DNA of 63,151 nt, filler included, from Anaerolineae bacterium (GTDB lineage: Bacteria; Chloroflexota; Anaerolineae; B4-G1; DUEL01), in NCBI GenBank assembly GCA_041082215.1. It is 8 parts of 8 records of this genome, joined end to end, with 100 filler letters (N's around TTAATTAATTAA, not from the genome) between each part and the next. Parts side by side here need not be neighbours in the genome. Positions count along the whole stretch, not along the records: positions 38,369 to 48,829 come from JBDOIF010000046.1; 7 more parts are not named here. One strand, given 5' to 3'. The stretch's first letter is position 1. The number at the start of each line of letters is the position of its first letter. The position numbers and the translations under genes are program-made. The notes under the pieces were generated by a model. That model was not told the origin of the DNA and ran no database searches. It worked only from the letters and a program-made list of their open reading frames with translations. Below, in pieces: positions 38,540 through 47,985 of this stretch.

Positions 38540-40969
38540 TTATCGTTCCCGCACCCACCTCGGGCTCCATCCGGCGCGGAAGTCGTAGCTGCAGTCGTCG
38601 GTGTCGGCGTAGGCGGGGACTCGCTCCAGCGTGTCTCCCCACTCCACCCCGGGATGGGGGGTCACGCCGGGGTAGCTCCCGTCCCCATAGACGACCACGT
38701 CTACGGCCCGCCCCTGCGGGTCCAGCAGAAGCACCTCGTCACCGCTGTTGCCCAGGCCGAACGTCCCGGTGCCCCATGAGGGGTCCCGCATCAGGTCCGG
38801 CACAGCAGGGTCTCCGCCGATCATCTCGTAGTCCGGCCTGAAGGCGACACACTCCCGGGCATCACCCGCTACGACGATCACCCTCCCCGGCCCCAGCTCC
38901 TGCTGGGGGAACCGGTACATCCCCTCATACCGGTCGGGGGTCTGTGCATCCCCCAGGCCGTAGCCGGTGAGGGTGGCGGTGAAGGGAGTGGGGTTGTAGA
39001 CCTCCACCCATTCGCAGCCGGACCAGTACATCACTTCGCTGATGAGCAGATGGTCGGCGGGAGGGACCAGCCGTTGGGCTACCAGGGGAAGATAGATGGG
39101 ATGGGCCCACTGCCAGTCCCGGTCGAACATCTCCTTCAGGTAGGCGTAGGCTTCATCGGAGCGGACCTGCAGGACCAGTTCCCGGTTGAGCTTGCTGGAG
39201 GTCTCGCTGCCGTTGAGGGAGCCGACGTGAATGAAGCTCCCTTCTCCGTGGAGCCGGACCAGCACCATTTTGTTGTGGATGCCCCAGCGGGTGGGGTCGC
39301 CGAGAGCAGCCTCCAGGTCCAGCCCCTCGGCCCGGGCGATCCCGTTGACGTAGGCAACTGTAGCGGTGTTTTCGCTGGTGTAGCCCGGCTGGTCGAAGGT
39401 GCCGCTGTTGAGGAGGATACGGACCCGCGCTCCTCGCCGGGCGGCGGCGATGCAGGCCTCCAGGCGGGGATTGGGGATGTGGACGGGGGCTACTCCCCAG
39501 CTGGCCTGCTCGTAAAGCTGCTCCACGTACACCTCATCGCCGGGACCGGCCCGGTCCACCAGCCCCAGCAACCCATCGGAGCGCCTCAGGGCTGCCTCCG
39601 GCGCGGTGAACAGCTCGAAGTTGAAGGCCCCTTCGACGATCAACGGCTGGGAGAAGCGGACGGTCACGCTGGCGTAATCGGGGACGGTCAACTGAGGGGT
39701 GTAGGTGATCACCGGCGGGCCGTAAGTGCCAGTGAGGAGAGGACTCCAGCGCAGGATGTCGTTGTGATGGTCCGGGTCCAGGTCCAGCCGGAAGATCAGG
39801 GCGGCGCGGGCCACCACGGAGGGGGCATCCGTCGCCACCACCACGCCGCGGGAGCCCCAGGTGCCATTAGAACGGTCGTCGGAAGGGAGGGAGCTGTCGG
39901 TGAGGTTCTGAGAGCCCAGGAGCAGCCATTCGTCATCCACGATGAGGAACTTGGCGTGGAGGTAGCTGTAGCGGTTGAAGATGCGTTCATCCTCATTATG
40001 GACCATAAACCAGCAGCGCCCGCCGGCCGCTTCGATCTCCTGACAGGCCCATAGCTCCTGCTGCCAGCGGGGGTCGGAATGGGCCATGCCGACCAGCTGT
40101 CCCTCCAGGAGAACAGTCACCTCCACCCCTTCCCGCGCCTTCTGTGCCAGCGCGCGGGCCAGGTCCGGGTGGCTGAGGCTGTAGACTTCGACAGAGATGG
40201 TCCGGCGAGCGCGGGCGATGGTTTGAGAAACGACGTCGAAGCCGTTATCCGGGGTGATACCGACGATCAGGGTAGCTGACTCGGTGACGGAAAGGGGCCA
40301 GAAGAGGGGGTCCAGGTCCCACCCGGGGTAGAGCACCCGCTGCCCGTGGGTGAAGTCGGCTGTGGACTGGATCCAATCGGCGGCGGTATCGGTGTCGGCG
40401 AGGGGGAGGCCAGTGGCCTCGTCGGGGATGCGGTAGAGCACCTGTCCTTCTTCCCGGCCTACATTGCAGGGCCATAGGGCTGGGCCGGACCAGCCGGCCG
40501 TGGTGGTGAGGCCCTCTTTGTAGACCACGGCGTCCACCACGGTGCCCGTCCCATCCCGCAGCACCACCTCATCGCCGGCGTTGCTCAGGCCGTAGACCAG
40601 CCAGGGGGAAAGCTCCCCGTCGGGGGAAAAGCCGAAGGTCGCGGCGAAGGCCGGGGCGTGGCGGGCTATCCAGAGCCGGGCGGTGGGGGAGAGGACGGCC
40701 GGAGGGAGGGAGCGGCAGTTCAGGCCGGAGCTGGTCGCTTTGCAGAGCTCCCAGCCGGCCAGGTCGGCGGGGGCCGTGCCGACGTTGACCAGTTGCACCG
40801 CCTCATCGGGGTCGCCGGACTGGTAGCCGTCGTAGAGGACGGCGGAGATGAGCACCGCCGGCCCCTCTGCCGCCGTCGCCGGGGAACGGAAGGCGAGGAG
40901 TAACCCCAGGGCCAGAAGGCCTCCCGGGAGAGAGGCAAGCAGAATGCGGACGTTCCTTTTCAAGCGCAT
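38540..40969 (-). CDS. Secreted lamin-tail-domain / phospholipase D-superfamily protein (LTD-PLD-PLD-LTD)
   Basis: Signal peptide; LISAVLYD...EAVQLVN and LLISEVMY...EWVEVYNP LTDs; HAKFLIVD and HNKMVLV HKD motifs. Confidence 0.85.
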   Translation of the reverse strand: MRLKRNVRILLASLPGGLLALGLLLAFRSPATAAEGPAVLISAVLYDGYQSGDPDEAVQLVNVGTAPADLAGWELCKATSSGLNCRSLPPAVLSPTARLWIARHAPAFAATFGFSPDGELSPWLVYGLSNAGDEVVLRDGTGTVVDAVVYKEGLTTTAGWSGPALWPCNVGREEGQVLYRIPDEATGLPLADTDTAADWIQSTADFTHGQRVLYPGWDLDPLFWPLSVTESATLIVGITPDNGFDVVSQTIARARRTISVEVYSLSHPDLARALAQKAREGVEVTVLLEGQLVGMAHSDPRWQQELWACQEIEAAGGRCWFMVHNEDERIFNRYSYLHAKFLIVDDEWLLLGSQNLTDSSLPSDDRSNGTWGSRGVVVATDAPSVVARAALIFRLDLDPDHHNDILRWSPLLTGTYGPPVITYTPQLTVPDYASVTVRFSQPLIVEGAFNFELFTAPEAALRRSDGLLGLVDRAGPGDEVYVEQLYEQASWGVAPVHIPNPRLEACIAAARRGARVRILLNSGTFDQPGYTSENTATVAYVNGIARAEGLDLEAALGDPTRWGIHNKMVLVRLHGEGSFIHVGSLNGSETSSKLNRELVLQVRSDEAYAYLKEMFDRDWQWAHPIYLPLVAQRLVPPADHLLISEVMYWSGCEWVEVYNPTPFTATLTGYGLGDAQTPDRYEGMYRFPQQELGPGRVIVVAGDARECVAFRPDYEMIGGDPAVPDLMRDPSWGTGTFGLGNSGDEVLLLDPQGRAVDVVVYGDGSYPGVTPHPGVEWGDTLERVPAYADTDDCSYDFRAGWSPRWVRER

Positions 40970-41091
40970 CGGGCCTCCTTGTAAGCGATGATGTCTGCGC
41001 TTTTCCTGTTCAACTATAGAGGACGCAGGGGGCGGAAAGTCTCAGGGGATCTTCTCGCGTCCTCTGAGCTGGCCGTCTTCCCACGGCGTGA

Positions 41092-42024
41092 CTACAGTCC
41101 CTCCAGCAGATGATGGATCTCCAGCGGTTCTGGACGGGCCGGGTCGCGCAGGAGGGATAGGGCCTCGTTGGGGCAGTGGGAGACGCAGATGCCACAGCCC
41201 ATACAGGTGGCGGCGTCCACCACAGCGAGTCCATCCCGCAGGGCGATGGCGCCGAAGGGGCAGAGGTCGGCGCAGAGGCCACATCCGACGCATCGGTCGG
41301 GGTCTACCTGGCTGATGTAGCCGGAGGAAGCGAGCATCGGAGTGCCGTGCCGGTGGGCCTGCATCGCCCCGCAGCAGCAGGAGCAGCAGTTGCAGATGGC
41401 GTAGAACCGGTCCAGCATCGCGTCTTTGAAAAAAGCGTGGTGGACATGACCCCGCTCCTCCTCGGCGTGGAGGATCTCCACTGCCTCCTCAGCGGTGATC
41501 CGGCGGGAGCGGCGGGGGTGGTGTTCGACAACGAAGCTGACAAAGGGTTCGCCTACGATGAGGCAGACATCAAGGGGAAGGCAGGGATCGGCGCGGGAGG
41601 CGCGACAGGGGCAGTCTATGACAGCGATGTGGTCGGGGTTCTTGAGGACGATGTCGCGGGCGCGGGCGTAGGGGACCACCTGTTCCAGGTCCGGGAGGCG
41701 GACCTCCTCGCCGACGGTGACCAGTTGGGTTGCCGCCTCCAGTGGGACGACCTTGCCGTGGTAGGTGTCGGCGAAGGTGTACTGGGCCGATACACGGGCG
41801 GGACGGGGGGGCAGGAACCGGCCCAGCGTCCGCGCCAGCGGGCCGAGGAGTGGGGCCAGGGGATGCTCTCCTGTACCGATGCCGATGTAGAGGTAAGGCC
41901 AGCGGGCATAGACGTAGCCGTGGAGGAGGTCGAAGAGGGAGTAGCCGGGGATCTGGCGGGCCTCCTGGAGGAAAGCGCGGGTGGAGGGGGAGAGCCAGCG
42001 TTCGAGCCAGGACGGCAGGTTCAT
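41092..42024 (-). CDS. 4Fe-4S ferredoxin-domain protein
   Basis: CPCR, ICNCCSCCCG, CVGCGLCADLCP, CMGCGICVSHCP; ATG at 42024. Confidence 0.8.
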   Translation of the reverse strand: MNLPSWLERWLSPSTRAFLQEARQIPGYSLFDLLHGYVYARWPYLYIGIGTGEHPLAPLLGPLARTLGRFLPPRPARVSAQYTFADTYHGKVVPLEAATQLVTVGEEVRLPDLEQVVPYARARDIVLKNPDHIAVIDCPCRASRADPCLPLDVCLIVGEPFVSFVVEHHPRRSRRITAEEAVEILHAEEERGHVHHAFFKDAMLDRFYAICNCCSCCCGAMQAHRHGTPMLASSGYISQVDPDRCVGCGLCADLCPFGAIALRDGLAVVDAATCMGCGICVSHCPNEALSLLRDPARPEPLEIHHLLEGL

Positions 42025-42037
42025 CGGACGATCTCCT

Positions 42038-43189
42038 TTATGGCTGCAACAGCCGCTCAAACAGGGCCTCGTACTCCGCCGCCGTGCGGTCGGTGCTCCA
42101 GCGGGAGGCGATCTCCTGGCGGGGACGGACATACCGTGCCCGCTGGCTCACCACACGGAGGATCGCCTCTGCCAGGGCGCGGGCATCTCCGATCGGCACC
42201 ACCTCCCCCATCCCTGTCTGCAGCACCGGCTGACGCACGCCCGGCAGGTCGCTGGCGATGGAGGGGGTCCCGCACAGCATCGCCTCCACCTGTACCAGAC
42301 CGAAGGACTCGGTGGAATTGAGGCTGGGCACGACCAGCACGTCCAGGTTGGGGTAGAAGGCGGCCATCTCCTGTGGGCCCAGCACACCCAGGAAGGTCCA
42401 GCGGTCCCGATACTGTTCGAAGAGGGGGGCCAGCCGTCGGGCATAGGCCTCCTCTCCGAGGACGTTCTGGTACTGCCCGGCGAAGAGAACCCGCGCGTCA
42501 GGATAGACCTCCAGCACGCGCGGCAGCGCCTCCAGCAGCACTTCCACCCCCTTCTCCGCTGCCAGCCTGGCCGCCATCCCGATCACCGGGCCGCACCCGT
42601 TCAGGCTGTGCCGGGAAGCAAAGGCCCGGACCGAATCCACAGGTACAGGGGGGAGTTCCACCGGCGGAGGGATGACCTCCACCTTATGGGCGAAGCGGGA
42701 AAGGTAAGGGGAATGGGCGGCGAAGTCCTCGGTGTAGGCGATAATCCGATGCGCCAGCAGTCCGGCCAGGTGGTTCATCCCGTGGACCACCAGGTTGACG
42801 AAGCGGTTAAAGGGGCCGGGGGGGAGCTTCAGGTCGCAGTGGTAGGTGAGGGTGGAGGGTTTCCCCATCAGTCGGGCGCGGGCCGCCACACCTGCTGCGT
42901 CGAACTGGGGGAGGTGGAGGCTGACCACGTCGTGTTCCCGCACCAGCCGGGTGGCGAGGAAGCCGAAAGTGGGCATAATGACCCCCTTGCTGATCCGGAA
43001 GGCGACCGGCACCCGCACCACCCGCACCCCATCGCGGACTTCCTCCAGTGGCAGCGACCGGTCGTAGCGGGAGGTCATCACCGTTACCTGGTGGCCTCGC
43101 CGGGCCAGGCCCTGTGCCAGTCGCTCGGCGTAGATGGTCAGGCCGCTGACGTGGGGGCGGTAGTAGGTCAGGACAATCAGCACTTTCAT
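42038..43189 (-). CDS. Glycosyltransferase family 4
   Basis: MKVLIVLTYYRPHVSG, RLAAEKG, ESFGLVQVEAM (EX7E). Confidence 0.9.
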   Translation of the reverse strand: MKVLIVLTYYRPHVSGLTIYAERLAQGLARRGHQVTVMTSRYDRSLPLEEVRDGVRVVRVPVAFRISKGVIMPTFGFLATRLVREHDVVSLHLPQFDAAGVAARARLMGKPSTLTYHCDLKLPPGPFNRFVNLVVHGMNHLAGLLAHRIIAYTEDFAAHSPYLSRFAHKVEVIPPPVELPPVPVDSVRAFASRHSLNGCGPVIGMAARLAAEKGVEVLLEALPRVLEVYPDARVLFAGQYQNVLGEEAYARRLAPLFEQYRDRWTFLGVLGPQEMAAFYPNLDVLVVPSLNSTESFGLVQVEAMLCGTPSIASDLPGVRQPVLQTGMGEVVPIGDARALAEAILRVVSQRARYVRPRQEIASRWSTDRTAAEYEALFERLLQP

Positions 43190-43263
43190 CGGCAATCCCT
43201 GAAACAACGGACACGGAGACGCGGGGACACAGAGATACATCACCGTGTCACCGCGTCACCCCG

Positions 43264-45288
43264 TTACCGCATCTCAAACAACCCCCGGTTCTCGACAACC
43301 CACTCGTACAGTCGCCCGATCCCCTCCTCCACCCCCACGCGAGGCTCCCATCCCAGCTCCCGTTGCGCTTTGCGGATGTCGGATATATAGACCCGCTGAT
43401 CTCCAGGCCGCCAGTTGCCGTAGGAGACCGGGACGGGATGCCCCACCAGCCGCTCCAGCAGCGGGCCGAACTCCGCCCAGACGGAAAGGGTGTTCGCCGG
43501 GCCGCCACCGATGTTGTAGACCTGTCCGGCGGCGACATCTATGCGGGCCACCGCCGCGTCGTAGACGTCCAGCAGGTCATCTATGAAGAGCACATCCCGT
43601 ACCTGCTTGCCGTCCCCATAGATGGTGATGGGCCGCCCGGTGACAGCGGCGATGACGAACCAGGCCACCCACCCCTGGTCCTCTACCCCCATCTGTCGGG
43701 GGCCATAGATGCAGCTCTGGCGGAAGACCACCGTGGGCAGGCCGTAGATGCGGGCGTAGTCGCGGACATACTGGTCGCCTGAGCCCTTAGAGTTTCCGGA
43801 AAAGTAGGCATGCCCGCCCTGCCGAACCATCACTGTACCGTTCGGCACCTCTACACAGTAGATCATTCCGGTGTAATCTACCCAACGGCTTCGGTTCTTC
43901 CCGAGATTGCACATAGCCGTTCGGGTCGTGCTGATATAAACACGGTAAAAGCCCTCCCTGTCCTGAACAACCGAGGCGGCCATCCCGCATTTCAGGGCGA
44001 TCTCCTGAACATCATCGGCCAATTGGCGTGAGACAGTAGTGTATTTCCATCCGTGTTTGCTATGCCGGGTACCATCGCCTTCCAGGAGTGCGTCTAACAA
44101 GATCCGCAGTTTTTGGGGATGCAGGTGTTTTATTTCCGGGGGAATGTATTTCTCCCGGCTCTTCCCCAAGAGTTTGAGATATTCGTACAATTGGCGGGAA
44201 GCGGCTCTAATATGATGGCCATCAACCACCGGAGAAAGACCAATCGCCCGCATTACAGAGAGGGCTTCTTCCTGGCGAAAATGGGTGGTTAAAAAGACTG
44301 TACACGCGCCCTTTTTGTCCTCGGAGCAATGTCCCTCCGAAATGTACCAGCCCAGGAACTTTAACCAATCATCCATCGGGATCGTCCGTGCTGGAAACAG
44401 ATGCTTACGCTTCCCTGCCTTGACTTCCGGCAAAATGAAATGTTCCGGCTTTTCGCCCCCCTCCCAGGGCGCAGCCAGCAGATAAGCCATCGGCTTCCCC
44501 GCAATTTGTTGAGCCTCCAACAGTTGAGGTTTTTTCAGGCCATTGTGATCTCGTTCCCAGGAAACCAGCATTCGGTGGTTGGGTGTTACACAGGTCTTCA
44601 GACGACGATTGACCTGAACATACATCTTGCCGCTATAAGAATAGGCGAAATGTTTCGTCGGTTTTTGAAATTCAGCAATCCCCTTTTCCAGATCATAGGT
44701 CAGGACCCGGTCTTCCGGGCCTAATTCGTTGAACTTCTTCCAGCCCTGCTCAGTAAGAACTTCCGTATCCGCCGAAAAGCAACACCCGTAGGGTGAATGG
44801 AAATCTAATAGCGCCGTTTCCGGCATCCCCCAGGGAAGGTCCCGATAGCGGTACCGGGCCGCCTCCTCTACGATGACCACATCCTCCATCCCGCCGTACA
44901 CCTTGTTGGTGGAGGCGTAGAGGATGACAGGGTTGCGGCCGGAAAGGCGGGCTGCTTCCAGCACGTTGAAGGTCCCCAGCGCGTTGACCTCGAAGTCGGT
45001 CCGGGGGTCCTCCACTGAGGTGGTCACCGCCACCTGGGCGGCAAGATGGACGATGACATCGGCCCTCTTTGCCGCCTCCGCCAGCCGGTCGAAATCCCGC
45101 ACATCGGCCACCATCAGCTCGAAGCTCCCCGCTCCGTGCCCGGCCCGGAGCCACTCCAGGTTGGCCCGGGTGCCGTGGCGGGAGAGGTTGTCGTAAACGG
45201 TGACGCTTTCCCCCCGGCTCAGGAGCCGGTGGACGTAGTTGGCGCCGATGAAGCCAGCGCCGCCGGTGATGAGGTAATGTTTGGACAT
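43264..45288 (-). CDS. Extended-SDR NDP-sugar epimerase (CDP-paratose 2-epimerase-like) containing an intein
   Basis: TGGAGFIG, STNKVYG, FHSPYGC|intein|SKG, QGWVAWF; 344 aa after splicing. Confidence 0.9.
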   Translation of the reverse strand: MSKHYLITGGAGFIGANYVHRLLSRGESVTVYDNLSRHGTRANLEWLRAGHGAGSFELMVADVRDFDRLAEAAKRADVIVHLAAQVAVTTSVEDPRTDFEVNALGTFNVLEAARLSGRNPVILYASTNKVYGGMEDVVIVEEAARYRYRDLPWGMPETALLDFHSPYGCCFSADTEVLTEQGWKKFNELGPEDRVLTYDLEKGIAEFQKPTKHFAYSYSGKMYVQVNRRLKTCVTPNHRMLVSWERDHNGLKKPQLLEAQQIAGKPMAYLLAAPWEGGEKPEHFILPEVKAGKRKHLFPARTIPMDDWLKFLGWYISEGHCSEDKKGACTVFLTTHFRQEEALSVMRAIGLSPVVDGHHIRAASRQLYEYLKLLGKSREKYIPPEIKHLHPQKLRILLDALLEGDGTRHSKHGWKYTTVSRQLADDVQEIALKCGMAASVVQDREGFYRVYISTTRTAMCNLGKNRSRWVDYTGMIYCVEVPNGTVMVRQGGHAYFSGNSKGSGDQYVRDYARIYGLPTVVFRQSCIYGPRQMGVEDQGWVAWFVIAAVTGRPITIYGDGKQVRDVLFIDDLLDVYDAAVARIDVAAGQVYNIGGGPANTLSVWAEFGPLLERLVGHPVPVSYGNWRPGDQRVYISDIRKAQRELGWEPRVGVEEGIGRLYEWVVENRGLFEMR
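43792..44781 (-). mobile_element. Intein with LAGLIDADG homing endonuclease, 330 aa
   Basis: Starts CFSADTEV (block A), VTPNH (block B), FLGWYISEG and LLDALLEGDG (endonuclease motifs), YCVEVP (block F), ends SGN|S; visibly lower GC than the host gene. Confidence 0.92.
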
Positions 45289-45299
45289 GGTTTTCCCGT

Positions 45300-46277
45300 T
45301 TATTCAGCGACCTGCTCCCGCACCCAGCCGAGGGAGAGGCTTTCCCGCGCCAGGCCGACGAGGCCCAGGAAGCACATCATCACGTACTGGAAAGCGTGGA
45401 TGGCAAAGGCGACGGTGAGCGCCTGATCCACCGGCACGTCGAAGGGGACGGTGAGGGCATAGCGGGCGATGGCGTGGAAGACCCCCACGGTGCCCGGGGA
45501 AGAGGGGATCGCCATTCCCAATCCGACGACACAGACCAGAAAGGGGGCGGCCAGGGCCGGGGGCCGGGGGAGAAAGGCCCGGAGCATGGTCCAGTAGAAG
45601 AGGACCACGAAGGCCCAGGCCACCACCGACCAGGCCAGGACCGCCAGCCCGCGCCGCCCGGACCGGAGGGGGGCCAGTCCCTCGAAGAGGCCGTCCATTG
45701 CAGACGCCCATCGTTCCACATCCAGCCGGGGGACCCGATCCAGCGCCCACCGCACTGCCCGCCGGCCCCATTCGGGCCGGAAGGCCAGGACCAGGAGCGC
45801 CGCCGAGGCTGCCAGTGCCGCGCCTCCCCCGATCAGTGCCGCTCCCAGGGCGCTTTCCGCTCCGGTGACGAAGGGGGCAAGCCCTGCCAGCAACGCCACA
45901 ACCATCAGCATATCCAGCACCCGCTCCACGACGACCGTGGAGAGGGCAGCCGCTGTGGAGACCTCCCCTCCCCGCCCGACCACCACTGCGCGGGCGGGAT
46001 CGCCCAGCCGGAAGGGGAGGATGTTGCTCACCAGGTAGCCGATGTTGGTGATCCAGAAGCAGCGGACGAGGCTCACCGTCGGCCCCAGAAGCAGTCGCCA
46101 GCGGATGGCCCGGGCGAGGAGGTAGACCAGGATGGCCAGGGTGGTGGGCAGGAACCAGAAATAATCCGCCTGGGCCAGCGTTTCCCCTACGTGGCCCAGG
46201 TCAATCCCAACAAGGGCCAGAATCAGCGCGGCCACGCTGATGGCCAGGCCTGTCCAGAGACGGAGTTGTTTCTTCAC
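45300..46277 (-). CDS. Lysylphosphatidylglycerol-synthase TM / flippase-like membrane protein
   Basis: RAIRW, NILPFRLGD, VVERVLD, PSSPGTVG. Confidence 0.85.
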   Translation of the reverse strand: MKKQLRLWTGLAISVAALILALVGIDLGHVGETLAQADYFWFLPTTLAILVYLLARAIRWRLLLGPTVSLVRCFWITNIGYLVSNILPFRLGDPARAVVVGRGGEVSTAAALSTVVVERVLDMLMVVALLAGLAPFVTGAESALGAALIGGGAALAASAALLVLAFRPEWGRRAVRWALDRVPRLDVERWASAMDGLFEGLAPLRSGRRGLAVLAWSVVAWAFVVLFYWTMLRAFLPRPPALAAPFLVCVVGLGMAIPSSPGTVGVFHAIARYALTVPFDVPVDQALTVAFAIHAFQYVMMCFLGLVGLARESLSLGWVREQVAE

Positions 46278-46327
46278 AGCGACCGATTATACCACCTGGA
46301 CTCAGCTCCAGCAATGCGGGTTCGCTC

Positions 46328-47932
46328 CTACGGATACCCTGGTGGGCAGGAGTTATCCAGCACGCAGGGGTCGCGCAGGACGCTCTGGACCTCGATTACG
46401 GGCACGCGGACCGTGTCGCCGGGGTTGGGGTCGGCGTACTCGAAGGCGCACCAGTTTCCCCTTCCCGTTGTGATCACCGCCCAGGAGGTGTAGTACCAGG
46501 TGGGGCTGTCGTAGTTTCGCAGGTCTATCGGATGCCAGCCGTCGAAGTGGTGGACCCAGCCGTACTCCGGTTCCCCCACCTTTCCGCACCATCCCGAACA
46601 GCCGGAGCAGGCGGGGGCCGTGGCGGAGCAGGACTGGTGGGGAACCCCCAGCGGCTCTCCCTCTGCCCGACAGAAGCAGTCTCCCCAGTCCATATCCACC
46701 ACCTCCCAGGCATCCCACTGGACCGCCCACTCTGCCGCCCAGGTGGTGTAGACCTTTACCTGATAGGCGGGCATATCCCACTGCCCGTCTTCGCCTGGGA
46801 CCTGCTCGCAGCAGTGCTCCTCCCAGGGCTTGCAGGCGTCCTCCGGCAGGAGGAAGCGTGGCCCGTTGTGGGGCTTGCCCCAGGAGGAGGTTTCGTAGAT
46901 GTGGGTGACGCTGGTTGAGCCGCACTCCATAGCTGGGATGCGGCCATAGCCGTAGTTCTGGCCGATGTTCCACTCCCGCTCGTCGAAGTCCCAGCAGACG
47001 GGAGGTACAGGTCCCAGGTCGTTGGGGTTGGGCAGGTCGTTGCGGACCCGTCGCCAGCGGAGGCCGATTTTGAAGTCCTTGATATCGCCGGGCTGGGGGT
47101 CCTGCCGCAGTGGGTCGGGGAGGTTCACCGCATCGGACCAGCAGCCGTTGGAGAAGCCGGGGCCGTTGGGGGCGCAGAGGCCTGGGGGTGTGAAGGCGGG
47201 GTAGTCCTGGAGGGTGAGGCGGCCGGGCTGGCCGGACTGGAAGGGTTGGGGGAGGGGAGCGCCCATTGCCACCAGCCATCTGGGGAAGGGGTCCACCTGG
47301 ACGATGTGGGGTGGGACGCGGGCGGAGACCGAGATGTTGTAGCCCCAGTTCCAGCCCTGGTAGCCGTCGCAGTGGTCGAGGTTGAAGCCGCCGTTGCCGC
47401 CGGAGGGGGTGCAGGGTGGCGTGTCATCCTGGTTGTCTGGCGGGGGCGGGGTGGCTTCGCAGGCGGCGGTATTGCCCATACAGGACCAGGTGCTCACCCA
47501 GGTGGCGTTTACCACGCAGAAGCGGTCGGCATACCCGCTGGGGCAGTACGGCCAGGGGAAGCAGGTGTAGCAGACCATTCCCGGCTCCGGGGTTGGCTCA
47601 GGTGTTCCTCCTGGCGCAGGCGTTCCTCCAGGTGGGGGTGTCTCTCCTGGCGGGGGTGTCCCGCCGCCTCCCCCACCACCCCCACTCCCACCACCGCTGC
47701 CACCGCCGCTGCCTCCGCCGCCTCCCCCACCACCCGGAGGGGCTGGCGGCTGGCCGCCGCCGCCGGAACAGCGCCAGTTGCAAGTGCTCCCATCGCACAC
47801 CTGGCTACAAGATTGTCCTGGCGGGCAGGAGCCGCACTGCGCTGCGGCGGGATGGGACGGCAAGAAGGCGAACAGCAGGAGCAGGGTCAACGTCAAGGCA
47901 ACCCAGCCCAGCAACAACCATTTCCTTCGCAT
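46328..47932 (-). CDS. Secreted Cys/Gly/Pro/Trp-rich protein
   Basis: Signal peptide ending AAA-Q, Cys-rich modules, poly-Gly linker, HIYETSS...YQVKVYTTWAAEW...VPVIEVQSVL C-terminal domain; ATG at 47932. Confidence 0.7.
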   Translation of the reverse strand: MRRKWLLLGWVALTLTLLLLFAFLPSHPAAAQCGSCPPGQSCSQVCDGSTCNWRCSGGGGQPPAPPGGGGGGGGSGGGSGGGSGGGGGGGGTPPPGETPPPGGTPAPGGTPEPTPEPGMVCYTCFPWPYCPSGYADRFCVVNATWVSTWSCMGNTAACEATPPPPDNQDDTPPCTPSGGNGGFNLDHCDGYQGWNWGYNISVSARVPPHIVQVDPFPRWLVAMGAPLPQPFQSGQPGRLTLQDYPAFTPPGLCAPNGPGFSNGCWSDAVNLPDPLRQDPQPGDIKDFKIGLRWRRVRNDLPNPNDLGPVPPVCWDFDEREWNIGQNYGYGRIPAMECGSTSVTHIYETSSWGKPHNGPRFLLPEDACKPWEEHCCEQVPGEDGQWDMPAYQVKVYTTWAAEWAVQWDAWEVVDMDWGDCFCRAEGEPLGVPHQSCSATAPACSGCSGWCGKVGEPEYGWVHHFDGWHPIDLRNYDSPTWYYTSWAVITTGRGNWCAFEYADPNPGDTVRVPVIEVQSVLRDPCVLDNSCPPGYP

Positions 47933-47985
47933 AACCCCTCCATTGAAACAGCAAAAGGCGGGCGGGGACAATGCCCCCGCCGCCC

